Below are positions 1-9,467 of a stretch of DNA of 40,746 bases, piece after piece. Where the stretch lies: the IMG/VR virus record IMGVR_UViG_3300027811_000012, positions 1 through 40,746 of that record. One strand, given 5' to 3'. The notes beneath the pieces were generated by a model. That model did no database searches, had not been told where the DNA came from, and saw nothing but the letters and a program-made list of their open reading frames with translations. A program made the translations under genes and the position numbers. This stretch comes from a virus (taxonomy: Duplodnaviria; Caudoviricetes). How positions within the stretch are numbered: position 1 is the first letter of the stretch; every line of letters starts with the position of its first letter.

Positions 1-107
1 CGCATAAGCCGCATTAGCCGCCGCATTAGCCTCATAATCCGCCGCCGCATTAGCCGCCGCATAAGCCGCCGCATAAGCCGCCGTATAAGCCGCATTAGCC
101 GCCGCCC
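1..107. repeat. Degenerate 9/12-bp coding tandem repeat (gccgcataa/gccgcatta; encodes AAY/AAN)
   Basis: Directly visible; window starts inside it. Confidence 0.9.
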
Positions 108-411
108 GGTTTACCGTGGTGTTGGATTTCAGCACCTTTTTAGCGGCCTCTATAGCATTACGAGGGGACTTGTTATCCGGGTATTTAGCCTCGTAAATCT
201 CACGGACCTGCTCTGCTGCAAAAATAGCATACCTTATTATTTGCTTATGCGTCATAACGCGCACGATTAGCCAGTTTGCCAAATTTAATTTACCGTCTTT
301 TGCAAGAGCGTTTAATACTGATACCATATCACGCTCTTTCTGATTAGAAAACCAGTTAAACCCACTTTCGCAAGCGTGATGATCGCGCAACCACGGTTCA
401 GTTATTATCAT
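1..411 (-). CDS. Partial ORF (runs off window start): Imm5-like helical domain followed by Ala-rich repeats
   Basis: Not in the ORF track. My translation from ATG 411 (AGGAG RBS upstream) is MIITEPWLRDHHACESGFNWF...RYAIFAAEQVREIYEAKYPDNKSPRNAIEAAKKVL...RAAANAAYTAAYAAAYAAANAA. The 'FAAEQV..YE..YPD...PR.AIEAA' pattern is typical of phage Imm5-like proteins. Confidence 0.7.
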   Translation of the reverse strand, partial: MIITEPWLRDHHACESGFNWFSNQKERDMVSVLNALAKDGKLNLANWLIVRVMTHKQIIRYAIFAAEQVREIYEAKYPDNKSPRNAIEAAKKVLKSNTTVNRAAANAAYTAAYAAAYAAANAAADYEANAAANAAYA

Positions 412-434
412 TTTTTATTCTCCTTTTTAGGTTG

Positions 435-755
435 TTATTCTTGTTCGCCTTCAAATTTGTCCGCGTTTATCGCGTCCTGATCCTCAATATCATCCGGGTA
501 TATCAACCCGTATTTATCAATACAATCTATATCCGTGGTGCAAACCATAGGAGTATTATCGTGGTATATGGCTAATCCTACCCCTATTATAAGCCCTGCT
601 ATAGCTAGGGATAGGAGTGTGTTGGATATGTAGTCTAACGCCGTTCTGGAGAGTTTTTTAGGGGCAAAATAGGCTTGTGCCTGCTCTTTACCTACAGACC
701 GTGCTATTTGTTGCCCTATTTGCGCGGCATTCCCGCGTATGCGTGATATAGTCAT
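435..755 (-). CDS. Hypothetical membrane protein (1 TM, CTTDIDC motif)
   Basis: GAGG RBS; hydrophobic LLSLAIAGLIIGVGLAIY; acidic tail. Confidence 0.65.
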   Translation of the reverse strand: MTISRIRGNAAQIGQQIARSVGKEQAQAYFAPKKLSRTALDYISNTLLSLAIAGLIIGVGLAIYHDNTPMVCTTDIDCIDKYGLIYPDDIEDQDAINADKFEGEQE

Positions 756-766
756 TTTATGGCCTC

Positions 767-967
767 TTAATCGTCACGTTTTGGGAAAATGCTTGATATG
801 CTTTCCATTACAGTATCAAACCTATTATTTACAATTATCGCTTGTGCCTTTGGTAATTTGTCGAATAACTCAATAATTGCCCCTCGTATTAATGAGTTTA
901 CTTCTGCTTCCATATGCCCCATTGAACTATAAAATAGGTCCTTCCCGTTTATGTCTTTTTTTGCCAT
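767..967 (-). CDS. Hypothetical phage protein
   Basis: ORF with GAGGAG RBS before ATG 967, tightly packed in operon. Confidence 0.6.
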   Translation of the reverse strand: MAKKDINGKDLFYSSMGHMEAEVNSLIRGAIIELFDKLPKAQAIIVNNRFDTVMESISSIFPKRDD

Positions 968-968
968 G

Positions 969-1262
969 TTACTCCTCACTTTCTAGAAATACCTTGCGAA
1001 ATGTCTCTTGATCGAACAATACAGAGTTATATAGGCCATGCTTGACTGGCTTTTTCCGGTATAGTTCCCACGTTTTGACGATTCTTTGTGGCTTTTTCGT
1101 GTAGTTGTTCCCGGTCTTATCCCAATGGGTTTGAAAAGTTGGGCCTTGGCATACCCCGTAATTCTTCATGGTATCCCCAAAAAACTTCATAGTATCGCGT
1201 GAAAAAAAGAACGGTTCATGTCCTGCTTGTTCAACTTTATATTTCAATTCGCTTGCGGTCAT
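969..1262 (-). CDS. Hypothetical phage early protein (FFSRDTMKFFG motif)
   Basis: Purine-rich RBS before ATG 1262; motif resembles a recurrent small phage protein family. Confidence 0.7.
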   Translation of the reverse strand: MTASELKYKVEQAGHEPFFFSRDTMKFFGDTMKNYGVCQGPTFQTHWDKTGNNYTKKPQRIVKTWELYRKKPVKHGLYNSVLFDQETFRKVFLESEE

Positions 1263-1466
1263 AATTCCCCCTTTCATGCTATCCAATAAGCCAGGATAGT
1301 GGTTAAGTTGTCAATACTCATACCGGCAAATATTCCGATCAAAACGGCTAAGATAAAGTAAAGTTGAGGCATTAAAGCCACCTTTGTCATTTTATTCCTT
1401 TCTTTATGTAATGTGTGACTCACAATGCGCTGATGATCCGTGCGCCGAAAATATATTGTGTCCTGC

Positions 1467-1625
1467 TCATTTTATCCCCTTTGATAAGGTTTCGACTTGT
1501 TTGATTTTTAATCCTTGCTTGTAAACAATGTCCCGTGTGGTTTCGTGTGCGCGTGCATCGGTTTCCGTTTCTGCATCTATCAGGATTGCAGAATTATTGC
1601 TGAACCATATTCGGTAAGTGTTCAT
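1467..1625 (-). CDS. Small hypothetical protein (52 aa, MNTYRIWFSNNSAILIDAETE...), first gene of leftward operon
   Basis: Own translation; GAGAGGGG RBS; downstream of leftward promoters. Confidence 0.5.
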   Translation of the reverse strand: MNTYRIWFSNNSAILIDAETETDARAHETTRDIVYKQGLKIKQVETLSKGIK

Positions 1626-1685
1626 TTTGGGTTTATCCCCCTCTCTCTGTTTAATTTGTCGCTCTCATGCGACAATGTTAACCAT

Positions 1686-1713
1686 ATACTATCATAATAT
1701 CCGTGATTGTCAA
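1686..1713 (-). promoter_or_regulatory. Leftward sigma70-type promoter
   Basis: Minus strand TTGACA-N16-TAGTAT with TG at the extended -10 position. Confidence 0.6.
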
Positions 1714-1775
1714 GGGTAGAAATGGTTTATTTTTAATTTTATTTTTGCCCCTTGCATCGTATCTGCCTTATATAA

Positions 1776-1792
1776 TGCAATGGTAATGCCAA
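1776..1792 (-). promoter_or_regulatory. Leftward sigma54 (-24/-12) promoter
   Basis: Minus strand TTGGCATTACCATTGCA gives GG-N10-GC in TGGCA...TTGCA context; a weaker GG-N10-GC copy lies at 1753-1767. Confidence 0.6.
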
Positions 1793-1922
1793 AACAAGTT
1801 ATCAACATGCTATATTTGCAAGTTATTGTAAAAATGAAAATATAAAAAAACATGCTTGCAATTTATGCAAAAAACGATTTATTGATAAATAATGGATTGT
1901 AGAAATAATATGCAAAAATGAG

Positions 1923-2062
1923 TGACAAAATATGTCAAATGAATGACGTAAAATGTCAGTTAATAAAATCAATAGGTTACACTGTGTATAGGATAGGCAA
2001 TAGCATAATAATCAATACGATGTAAAAAATGGGATGTAAAATAATTATGACAAAATACGTCA
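1923..2062. promoter_or_regulatory. Three TGAC-N7-GTCA palindromes (operator or enhancer-binding-protein sites)
   Basis: tgacaaaatatgtca 1923-1937, tgacgtaaaatgtca 1944-1958, tgacaaaatacgtca 2048-2062. Confidence 0.65.
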
Positions 2063-2133
2063 GGTACCGCAGGTACCGCTTGACATTATTATAATCGTTT
2101 GATATTATTAAATAGATAGATAAGTGGTTGATT
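1967..2133. promoter_or_regulatory. Cluster of IHF consensus sites (WATCAA-N4-TTR)
   Basis: AATCAATAGGTTA (+, 1967-1979); TATCAAACGATTA (-, 2092-2104); AATCAACCACTTA (-, 2121-2133). Confidence 0.55.
2080..2108 (+). promoter_or_regulatory. Rightward sigma70-type promoter
   Basis: TTGACA-N17-TATTAT with extended -10 TG, upstream of the + strand operon. Confidence 0.65.
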
Positions 2134-2172
2134 GTTAAATTGTTTTGTTTTGTACACGGACAAAATGAGGCC

Positions 2173-2388
2173 ATGATAAAAACACCGACCGTAGACCAGC
2201 TACACGCCGCAAGTTATCATCATATCCCCGCCGAGAAGGCGCATCTAATAAACATTCCCAAACGCGACGCATATATGCAATATTTAGCCACTCCTGAGTG
2301 TAGACTATGCCACTGGCTAGACGACTATTATTTATCAAATCTAATACTAAAACAACGGGACTACATGCCTATAGGTTTATGCCGATGA
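2173..2388 (+). CDS. Hypothetical protein
   Basis: GAGG RBS before ATG 2173; ATGA overlap with next ORF. Confidence 0.45.
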   Translation: MIKTPTVDQLHAASYHHIPAEKAHLINIPKRDAYMQYLATPECRLCHWLDDYYLSNLILKQRDYMPIGLCR

Positions 2389-2555
2389 GTGATCCCCAGG
2401 ATAATGAATTTATAGGTTGCGAGAATCCTATTATATATATGCCAAGGGATGTTACTCTACCGGCATGGTTGATAGGTTGTCCGCAATCGTGGATAGTTGA
2501 ATGTTTTGACCTAAGTGTAGATCATGCAATCAGCAATAAATGGGGTAGAGCGTAA
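2385..2555 (+). CDS. Hypothetical protein
   Basis: ATGA coupling to the upstream ORF. Confidence 0.4.
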   Translation: MSDPQDNEFIGCENPIIYMPRDVTLPAWLIGCPQSWIVECFDLSVDHAISNKWGRA

Positions 2556-2645
2556 GCAGGGTTTAATATAAATACTAGTTCATTTTTGATAGTCTATAAT
2601 GGGTTATGGTAAGTGTGCAAATAATGAACATTAATAATATGATAG

Positions 2646-3128
2646 GTGTGTTTGATGTTAGGTGGTAAGCAGGTGCATATAGCGCAGATGGAACGGGAAG
2701 AAATAGCTGCTGGAATCCTCCAGGATGAACCACAGACAGCCATTGCGCGAAGGTTAGGGGTTCATCCTCTGACAGTGGCCAGACACCTAAAAAGCGACGT
2801 AGAACTAAGGTCCATTATAGACAGAGGATTCAAAGAATTATCAGGCAGCTATAGCAAGGCTATTGATAATATAAAGTATGTAATAGAAGAGTATCAAGCT
2901 CCTATAGAGGGGAAGGTTACTAAGTTAGATGTTCAGAAGAGAGATCATGGATATAGTGCGTCTATTAAAATGTTGGAGAGTATGGGTCTTACCCCCTCAA
3001 ACTCGCAGCCTCAATATATTACCAATTTAATGCAAGTTAACAACTACATAAGCCCCGTAGTAGATAAAGTGCTAGATAGTATGATAATGGGTGTAATAGA
3101 TAATGAGGTTGATAAAGTTGATAAATAA
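2646..3128 (+). CDS. terS: Putative terminase small subunit (N-terminal HTH)
   Basis: HTH pattern PQTAIARRLGVHPLTVARHL; immediately upstream of terL. Confidence 0.65.
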   Translation: MCLMLGGKQVHIAQMEREEIAAGILQDEPQTAIARRLGVHPLTVARHLKSDVELRSIIDRGFKELSGSYSKAIDNIKYVIEEYQAPIEGKVTKLDVQKRDHGYSASIKMLESMGLTPSNSQPQYITNLMQVNNYISPVVDKVLDSMIMGVIDNEVDKVDK

Positions 3129-3322
3129 GGCATACCCCCATACCCCCATACTATAACGTATTATGGTAAGCATTAATATGTAAGTTGTTGTATTATAATG
3201 ATAATATTGTGTTTAGTGATTTATTATGGGTTGGTGGGGGGAGGGGAGCGGTTTGGGGGTGGGTATGGGGAAGTTTGTTATGAATACCCCACAATCGCAC
3301 AAGGTAATAATCAAAAGTGGGT

Positions 3323-3421
3323 GTAATACTTTACTGGAATATTAATATAATCAATATGTTATTGTTGGAATCATGGGGTTTTAACAAGCGATAAACGGAT
3401 GTAGTAATACTTTACTGGAAT
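3323..3421 (+). repeat. 18-bp direct repeat gtaatactttactggaat (3323-3340, 3404-3421)
   Basis: Exact match seen twice in the terS-terL spacer. Confidence 0.85.
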
Positions 3422-3423
3422 AA

Positions 3424-5109
3424 ATGACAGATATAGAATTACAAAAATATAGGGAAGAATTGGATCAGTGGTCTGGTTTTACAGGCATTCTTCCTACTTC
3501 GACCTTTATAAAGTTAATCCATAGGCATGAGAAGCTAATAGCTTTGTTTACTGGGAACCAGTTTGGCAAGAACGTAACGATAATGAAGCATTACGTTGTT
3601 AGGTGGCTTGGAAAGCACTTTGTGGAGGCAAAGAATCTCCGTCCTGAGACTGTACACAGGACGTATCGGTTTTGCGCTGAGAAGAAGCCCAACGATACTG
3701 AGGGTGGTGATACAAACACGATTTACCCGGTATTGAAGAAGATGTGGCCCAAGAAGTTGATTCGGAAAGACATTACACAGCGAAACTCGGTAATGACGTT
3801 GATTGAGCCATATAGCGGATTGGACTTTTTTGTTGAGTTTATGGGGTATAGCCAGGAGATACAGGTTTCAGCAGGACAGCAGAGAGCGTCAGTTTATCTT
3901 GACGAGAACTGCAAAAGGGAGTTTTACAACGAACAGATACCAAGATTATTTACGTCCGATGGGGATATAATAATTGGCATGACTCCGGCCTTGGGTCAGG
4001 TGACATGGCAGTTTGAAGACATATACGAGAAGGCTCGTACTATTATCAGAACTCCCCTGGTAATAAGCAGGTTAAAAGAAAAGTTTGGTAAGGACTATAA
4101 AGAGGAAGAGGTAAGATGTAACGACAACGATATATGCGTCTTTATGGCGGCGTCCGATGACAACCCGGCTTACGACATTCTGGTAAAGAATAAAAATGAA
4201 AAAGAACTGGAATTAACTAAACAGGGAAAGCATCCGATTTTCAAGACTGTTGAAGAATTTAAGCCGATAACAAAAGCAGGATACATTAAGGGCAAGATAG
4301 ACGCTTACGATGAAGAAACTGAGGATATACGAAGGTATGGCATTTTTAGACAGGTTTCAGGCAGAGTATTCAAGGATTTCGATCAGGTACATGAAATTAA
4401 TGAAAGTAGGTACTTTCCTGATGGAATACCTCATCAGTGGTTATTTGGGAGGGCTACAGACTATCATCAGAGCACTCCATGGCATACGACTTTCATAGCA
4501 ATATCGCCTCAAGATGAAGCGTTCGTATGGCAAGAATCGGTAATGAGTCCTGATAAATTTGTGACTCTTCAAATGGCACGAGACATAGCAGGAAAGGGCA
4601 AAGATTATAAATTCACCTATAACAAAATCGATCCGTTGGCCGCAATGGTTCAAAGTAATACAGGAGTTTCAACCATAGACGATTTGAATAGGATTTTCAG
4701 TGAGCTAAAGAGAGACAATATTGGGACCGGAGGTTATTGGTCTTCGTGGGATTCAAAAAGTACCAGGGGAAGAGAAGAAGTTAAAAAAAGGCTTAAAAAC
4801 TCAAGGCTCTGCGGTACTCCTTTTAATAACAAGCAAATGGTTGATGGGCGTCTACAATGGCTTCCTACTATGTGGATTTTTTCTGATTGCAGGGTAACGA
4901 TAGATTCGTTGAAAAATTGGCGATATGATGAATGGGCTAATCGGTCTGCTTTAGAAACAAAAGACCCTAAAGAGACTCCAATGCAAAAGAATAGTCATAT
5001 CTGTACGGCGATTGAATGTTTATTCAAGGAACAGGGATTCAAAGGAAGACCGGAGATTCATAATATTCAGCCAATAAGAAAAACAGTAATGCAATATGGG
5101 AGAAGGTAA
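3424..5109 (+). CDS. terL: Terminase large subunit
   Basis: Walker A GNQFGKN, Walker B VYLDE, coupling motif GMTP, 'SGRVFKDF' linker, C-terminal RNase H-like nuclease (ATDYH). Confidence 0.9.
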   Translation: MTDIELQKYREELDQWSGFTGILPTSTFIKLIHRHEKLIALFTGNQFGKNVTIMKHYVVRWLGKHFVEAKNLRPETVHRTYRFCAEKKPNDTEGGDTNTIYPVLKKMWPKKLIRKDITQRNSVMTLIEPYSGLDFFVEFMGYSQEIQVSAGQQRASVYLDENCKREFYNEQIPRLFTSDGDIIIGMTPALGQVTWQFEDIYEKARTIIRTPLVISRLKEKFGKDYKEEEVRCNDNDICVFMAASDDNPAYDILVKNKNEKELELTKQGKHPIFKTVEEFKPITKAGYIKGKIDAYDEETEDIRRYGIFRQVSGRVFKDFDQVHEINESRYFPDGIPHQWLFGRATDYHQSTPWHTTFIAISPQDEAFVWQESVMSPDKFVTLQMARDIAGKGKDYKFTYNKIDPLAAMVQSNTGVSTIDDLNRIFSELKRDNIGTGGYWSSWDSKSTRGREEVKKRLKNSRLCGTPFNNKQMVDGRLQWLPTMWIFSDCRVTIDSLKNWRYDEWANRSALETKDPKETPMQKNSHICTAIECLFKEQGFKGRPEIHNIQPIRKTVMQYGRR

Positions 5110-5459
5110 TGGCTAATCAGAATAATATTCATGGGGGACTAAGACATGGGCCGTCCATAGCATATACACCAAAATTGAAAGATAATGCTATAAACTCGTC
5201 TGAACCATGGAATGCCAAGCAATCAGGAGCGTTATCTTCAACGGTAGTAGCAGAGACGGCTTACGGGCAGAGTTCAAATGCCGGTACAGCAGTAACAGTT
5301 TCTAAAGGAGACCATACGCATGGGACCCCTGCTACCCCAACGGCTTTACCAGGACTTCCCGTGTATGCCAATAATGCCGCTGCCGTAGCGGGAGGTTTAG
5401 CAGTTGGAGATATATATAGAACAGGTGGAAATCCTGATCCTGTTTGTGTGGTGCATTAA
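5109..5459 (+). CDS. Small fibre-like virion protein
   Basis: SKGDHTH knot-like motif and C-terminal 'VYANNAAAVAGGLAVGDIYRTG' typical of phage fibre tips. Confidence 0.55.
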   Translation: MANQNNIHGGLRHGPSIAYTPKLKDNAINSSEPWNAKQSGALSSTVVAETAYGQSSNAGTAVTVSKGDHTHGTPATPTALPGLPVYANNAAAVAGGLAVGDIYRTGGNPDPVCVVH

Positions 5460-5476
5460 ATATTAAAAGGAGAAAC

Positions 5477-5884
5477 ATGAAAAAGTTTTTATTGATAATT
5501 TTTGTGATGCTGATAGCCGGTTGTGGGAATCCGCTTTCGGTTACTCAAGATTCTCATGCTGACTGCACAAGCGGAACGTTGCTGATGACTGACTTGACTC
5601 CGACAAACATTTCTCTTATTTCAGGACAGATAAAAACTTTAGACGTATCCGCGAATGTTTACGGAACCCATTGTCTCCCTACAACTGCGGTTATAGGAAT
5701 TGGAAGTAATATTCTTATATCCAGCACTCATAGTTTTGCAAATAATATTATACCCTGGACAATTACAGGATTAACGATTGATCCGAGTATCTTTTCGAGT
5801 AATACCGGGACAATCACTATATACCTTACTACCACTGACAACAGAACGAGTCCGACATACTATATTCCGTGGACGAAAATTTAA
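5477..5884 (+). CDS. Lipoprotein
   Basis: AGGAG RBS; signal peptide MKKFLLIIFVMLIAG|C with lipobox. Confidence 0.75.
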   Translation: MKKFLLIIFVMLIAGCGNPLSVTQDSHADCTSGTLLMTDLTPTNISLISGQIKTLDVSANVYGTHCLPTTAVIGIGSNILISSTHSFANNIIPWTITGLTIDPSIFSSNTGTITIYLTTTDNRTSPTYYIPWTKI

Positions 5885-5885
5885 A

Positions 5886-6389
5886 ATGTGTGAACTACTC
5901 ATAAAAGCCGTTAATGTCGTAAACGCAGACGCCGATAAAGACCGGCGCGGATGCTATAAGCGCGGGATGGTTGTGGTGATTATGCCTGATGGCCACCCGT
6001 GGGGGGCGCAGGAGGGACTCCCTAAATTTGCAGTTATTAAAATACCAAATATTACTGTTGGACAAGCCACTAAATATACGCAGCCACATGTTATACAGGA
6101 TGGATTTGAGGCAGACGGGACGACACCTCGTATGGTTGTCTATCGTCGGCGCAACTGGATTATCCGATGGGACGATCTGCCAGCAGCAGCACAGAATAAA
6201 CTATCATCTACTGGAGAACTCATAATCAGAGCCGGAACATATGTAGGGACCTCTGATTATAGTTGGGTGCAGGTTAGAAATTATTTCCGTAATCAGGAAA
6301 CAGGGATTGATGATACAGGCGATATATCGCAAGAAGTAAAAGTGCAGTTAGAAGGGGAATCTTCTGGTTCGCTGGAGGACGATAAATGA
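5886..6389 (+). CDS. Hypothetical phage protein
   Basis: ATG right after lipoprotein stop; ATGA overlap with next gene. Confidence 0.7.
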   Translation: MCELLIKAVNVVNADADKDRRGCYKRGMVVVIMPDGHPWGAQEGLPKFAVIKIPNITVGQATKYTQPHVIQDGFEADGTTPRMVVYRRRNWIIRWDDLPAAAQNKLSSTGELIIRAGTYVGTSDYSWVQVRNYFRNQETGIDDTGDISQEVKVQLEGESSGSLEDDK

Positions 6390-7180
6390 TCCTAACAAAC
6401 GACGAGTATTTAAGTGCTGCAAGGCAGGACGTTGAGATAAGTAAGACTGCGGCGAGGACAACGATTGCAGCTCAATGGTTTTCTACGTTCGACCTTGCCG
6501 GTACCCCTGGGGCCGGGGCGTTGGCTGTAGGCAATACTGCGAATGGTGTTGTGCGTGTGGCGGGAAATACCGGAGTTCCGCGTCTAACCGCATTCGGTGT
6601 CGGCGCAACTGGATATATCATGAGGGTTGGGTTCGGGAACTCAGTCGCATGTCGATTTTCGCTTTATGACCAACTGTTTTCGTGCGGAGCGTATGCGTTT
6701 AACGCGAATACGTCGCTTACTTCACAGCCGGACTTTGCGGGTAGGGTTCCAAGCGGCGATTATGGAGGCTTAGAGCTTTGGGTTGAGCAGGTAACAGCGG
6801 CCACAGGAAATCAAGCCGTGAATGTCACCTATACTGACCAAGATGGAAACGCCGGTGCAGTCACCGGAGTAGTCGGGATAGGCGCGGCTCCGACTGTTGG
6901 TAGGATGTGGCAACTTCCACTTGCTGCTGGGGATAGTGGTATACAGAGAATACAGACAATCGTTGGTTCGGTAGCAACTGTGGGGACATTTAATGTTCAC
7001 GTCATGCGTCCACTTTTGAAAAATATGCGTGTGCGTTCTGCGAATGATAGTGACGTGTTTGGATATATGCGGACTGGGAAAAAGCAGATATATGACACTA
7101 CGGCGTTATTCTTAATGATATCCCCCGACAGCACATCGTCTGGGTATCCATCTGTTACGGTAGAGGTTGCAAATAGATAA
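6386..7180 (+). CDS. Putative virion structural protein
   Basis: 264 aa, G/A/T-rich beta-type composition, in late operon. Confidence 0.6.
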   Translation: MILTNDEYLSAARQDVEISKTAARTTIAAQWFSTFDLAGTPGAGALAVGNTANGVVRVAGNTGVPRLTAFGVGATGYIMRVGFGNSVACRFSLYDQLFSCGAYAFNANTSLTSQPDFAGRVPSGDYGGLELWVEQVTAATGNQAVNVTYTDQDGNAGAVTGVVGIGAAPTVGRMWQLPLAAGDSGIQRIQTIVGSVATVGTFNVHVMRPLLKNMRVRSANDSDVFGYMRTGKKQIYDTTALFLMISPDSTSSGYPSVTVEVANR

Positions 7181-8155
7181 ATGGCGACGCTCCGAACAGT
7201 AACAGTCAAATCGAGCGGTGGGGATTATACCAGCCTGTCGGCAGCAGAGGCCGGAGAACAGGGAAACCTCGTTTCTCTCGACCGGCAGCTGGGAATAGAG
7301 TGTTATTCGATGTCGGATACAACCGCGGCTACCATCAGCGGATCAACCACTGATGCTACGCGGTATATAGAGATATACACTCCCGTCGGTGAGCGACATG
7401 ATGGAAAATGGAATACATCAAAGTACCGATTAGAGCCAACAGACACAACCTATGGATTACGAATAGAGGATGAATACGTCAGGGTGCGCGGACTTCAGAT
7501 ACAAATACAGTCCCCCACGGCGGCTCGTATCGAAGTTTCGTATGGGTTTGTATCAGATACCAGCGATAATTATTTTGAGCAATGCATCGTGCGAGGTTCA
7601 GGGGCGAATAGCGCTGGAATAGGTGCGGGGAGTTCTACGTCTGGGAATTTAAAAATTAGTAATTGTATAATTTACGACTGCACAACATCGTTCGCAGGCG
7701 GGATTAGATACAACGCCACGAACTGTACATTGTATGTTTACAACACAACCCTGGTTGGGTGTTATTATGGGGTCAGAAGATCAGGCGGTACGGTAATTGT
7801 TAAAAATACACTTTCAAAAGCGACTGCCAGTACGCGCGATTTCGTACTTGATTCCGGGTCGTGGGGTGCAGGGTCAAATTATAATTCGGCTGCCGGTACT
7901 ACCAGTACAGGCGGGGCGAATGACAGAACATCTCAAACGTTTACATTTGCAGACGAAACGAATAAAGATTTTCATCTCGCCTCGACTGATGCGGGGGCAC
8001 GAGATTACGGTGTGGATTTATCGGGAGACGCATATCCCGTTACGGTAGACATCGACGGTGTAACCCGTTCCGGCTCCTGGGACATCGGGGCCGATGAGTA
8101 TGTAGCGGGGGGTGGTCCAACAGGAAACCCATGGTATTATTATGCTCAACAATAG
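7181..8155 (+). CDS. Right-handed beta-helix (pectin-lyase-like) protein
   Basis: N-terminal 'VKSSGGDYTSLSAA', 'ISNCIIYD', 'VYNTTLVG', C-terminal 'DFHL...DIDG...WDIGADE' motif. Confidence 0.7.
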   Translation: MATLRTVTVKSSGGDYTSLSAAEAGEQGNLVSLDRQLGIECYSMSDTTAATISGSTTDATRYIEIYTPVGERHDGKWNTSKYRLEPTDTTYGLRIEDEYVRVRGLQIQIQSPTAARIEVSYGFVSDTSDNYFEQCIVRGSGANSAGIGAGSSTSGNLKISNCIIYDCTTSFAGGIRYNATNCTLYVYNTTLVGCYYGVRRSGGTVIVKNTLSKATASTRDFVLDSGSWGAGSNYNSAAGTTSTGGANDRTSQTFTFADETNKDFHLASTDAGARDYGVDLSGDAYPVTVDIDGVTRSGSWDIGADEYVAGGGPTGNPWYYYAQQ

Positions 8156-8167
8156 GAGAATTATCTA

Positions 8168-9211
8168 ATGTCTGAGATATTTATAGATGTTGATACTGCC
8201 GTAATAGTTCCAGTAAATATTCTACCACTTACAGACGATACTGATTTCAAAACAATAGAAACAGCAATTGTTTATAACTCTGCTGGAATGGCATTGACTT
8301 GGAATTTTGTCACCTCTGCCGGAGTCGTAACTGGAACAGCCGTTACTCCTACTACCGCAGGTGTCTATGATTGGTCTGAGCCAATCGCGGATAAAGGGAT
8401 GTATGCTATAGAAATACCGGCTTCGGGAGGAGTTTCTATAAATAATGATACAGAAGGTTATGGATGGTTTTCCGGTGTTTGCACCGGCGTACTTCCGTGG
8501 AGAAGTCCGATAATCTGTTTCAGGGCGTCTGGGATCAATGATAAGATGTGCGATAGCGCGTATGACTCGACAAGAGGGCTTGCGGGTACTGCACTACCAG
8601 CAGCAGCGGCAGAAGCAGCCGGAGGTCTTTATACACGAGGAACCGGAGCGGGTCAGATAGCTCAAGATGCAAACGGAAATTGCCGATCAAATATTGACAC
8701 CATAAAAACCCAAGCTGTTACATGCTCGGCGGGGGTCACGGTATTAGCGTCTGTTGGTACTGCGGCAACAAGTACGGCTCAGACCGGGGATTCTTATGCG
8801 CTCGCAAACGGCGCAAATGGTTTTGTGGCAACTAAGGCAGACACGGCGGCTATCCTGTTGGATACTGGAACTGACGGTGTGGTAGTAGTGACGAACAACG
8901 ACAAGACCGGATATACGATTGCGGCAGGAGGTATTGCTATAGGCTCATTCTCTAATAATTCCATCACAGATGCAGCTTCGGCAACGGATTTTGAAACCGC
9001 TATAGCTAACGCGGTAAAAGCATTAGTTGTAGAATCTCAAGGAAGTTATACTATAGCACAGGCAATTTCAATTATTCTTTCTGCTGTGGCTGGTGTTACT
9101 TCAAGCGGTGGAGCAACTTTAAAAACGGCTGATGGAGTCGCTACGAGAATAGCAGCTACAATAGATGGGTCTAACAATAGAACAGCAATGACTTTGACTC
9201 CGAGTGCCTAA
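8168..9211 (+). CDS. Putative virion structural/fibre protein
   Basis: 347 aa, A/T/G-rich; C-terminal 'RIAATIDGSNNRTA' motif. Confidence 0.6.
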   Translation: MSEIFIDVDTAVIVPVNILPLTDDTDFKTIETAIVYNSAGMALTWNFVTSAGVVTGTAVTPTTAGVYDWSEPIADKGMYAIEIPASGGVSINNDTEGYGWFSGVCTGVLPWRSPIICFRASGINDKMCDSAYDSTRGLAGTALPAAAAEAAGGLYTRGTGAGQIAQDANGNCRSNIDTIKTQAVTCSAGVTVLASVGTAATSTAQTGDSYALANGANGFVATKADTAAILLDTGTDGVVVVTNNDKTGYTIAAGGIAIGSFSNNSITDAASATDFETAIANAVKALVVESQGSYTIAQAISIILSAVAGVTSSGGATLKTADGVATRIAATIDGSNNRTAMTLTPSA

Positions 9212-9465
9212 TGAAAAACAAACTAAAAAATATTTGCATTTGGATTTTAGGAAAGATTGGTTGTGACTTAATAATCTTGACAGAGGAAATGCAGGAACTT
9301 GTAAAAAAAGCCATAGAAGTTACAAAAGAAACTGATAAAATACCAGGATTGATTTCAAATGAATATCGTCACTGTCATTCTTATGGAACTTTATTGAAAA
9401 GAAATCCTAACTCAAGACATAGAGATATAGGAATGGCAATAGAAATAGCAATGTTCAAGAGGTAG
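9211..9465 (+). CDS. Hypothetical protein
   Basis: TAATG overlap with upstream gene. Confidence 0.55.
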   Translation: MKNKLKNICIWILGKIGCDLIILTEEMQELVKKAIEVTKETDKIPGLISNEYRHCHSYGTLLKRNPNSRHRDIGMAIEIAMFKR

Positions 9466-9467
9466 TT

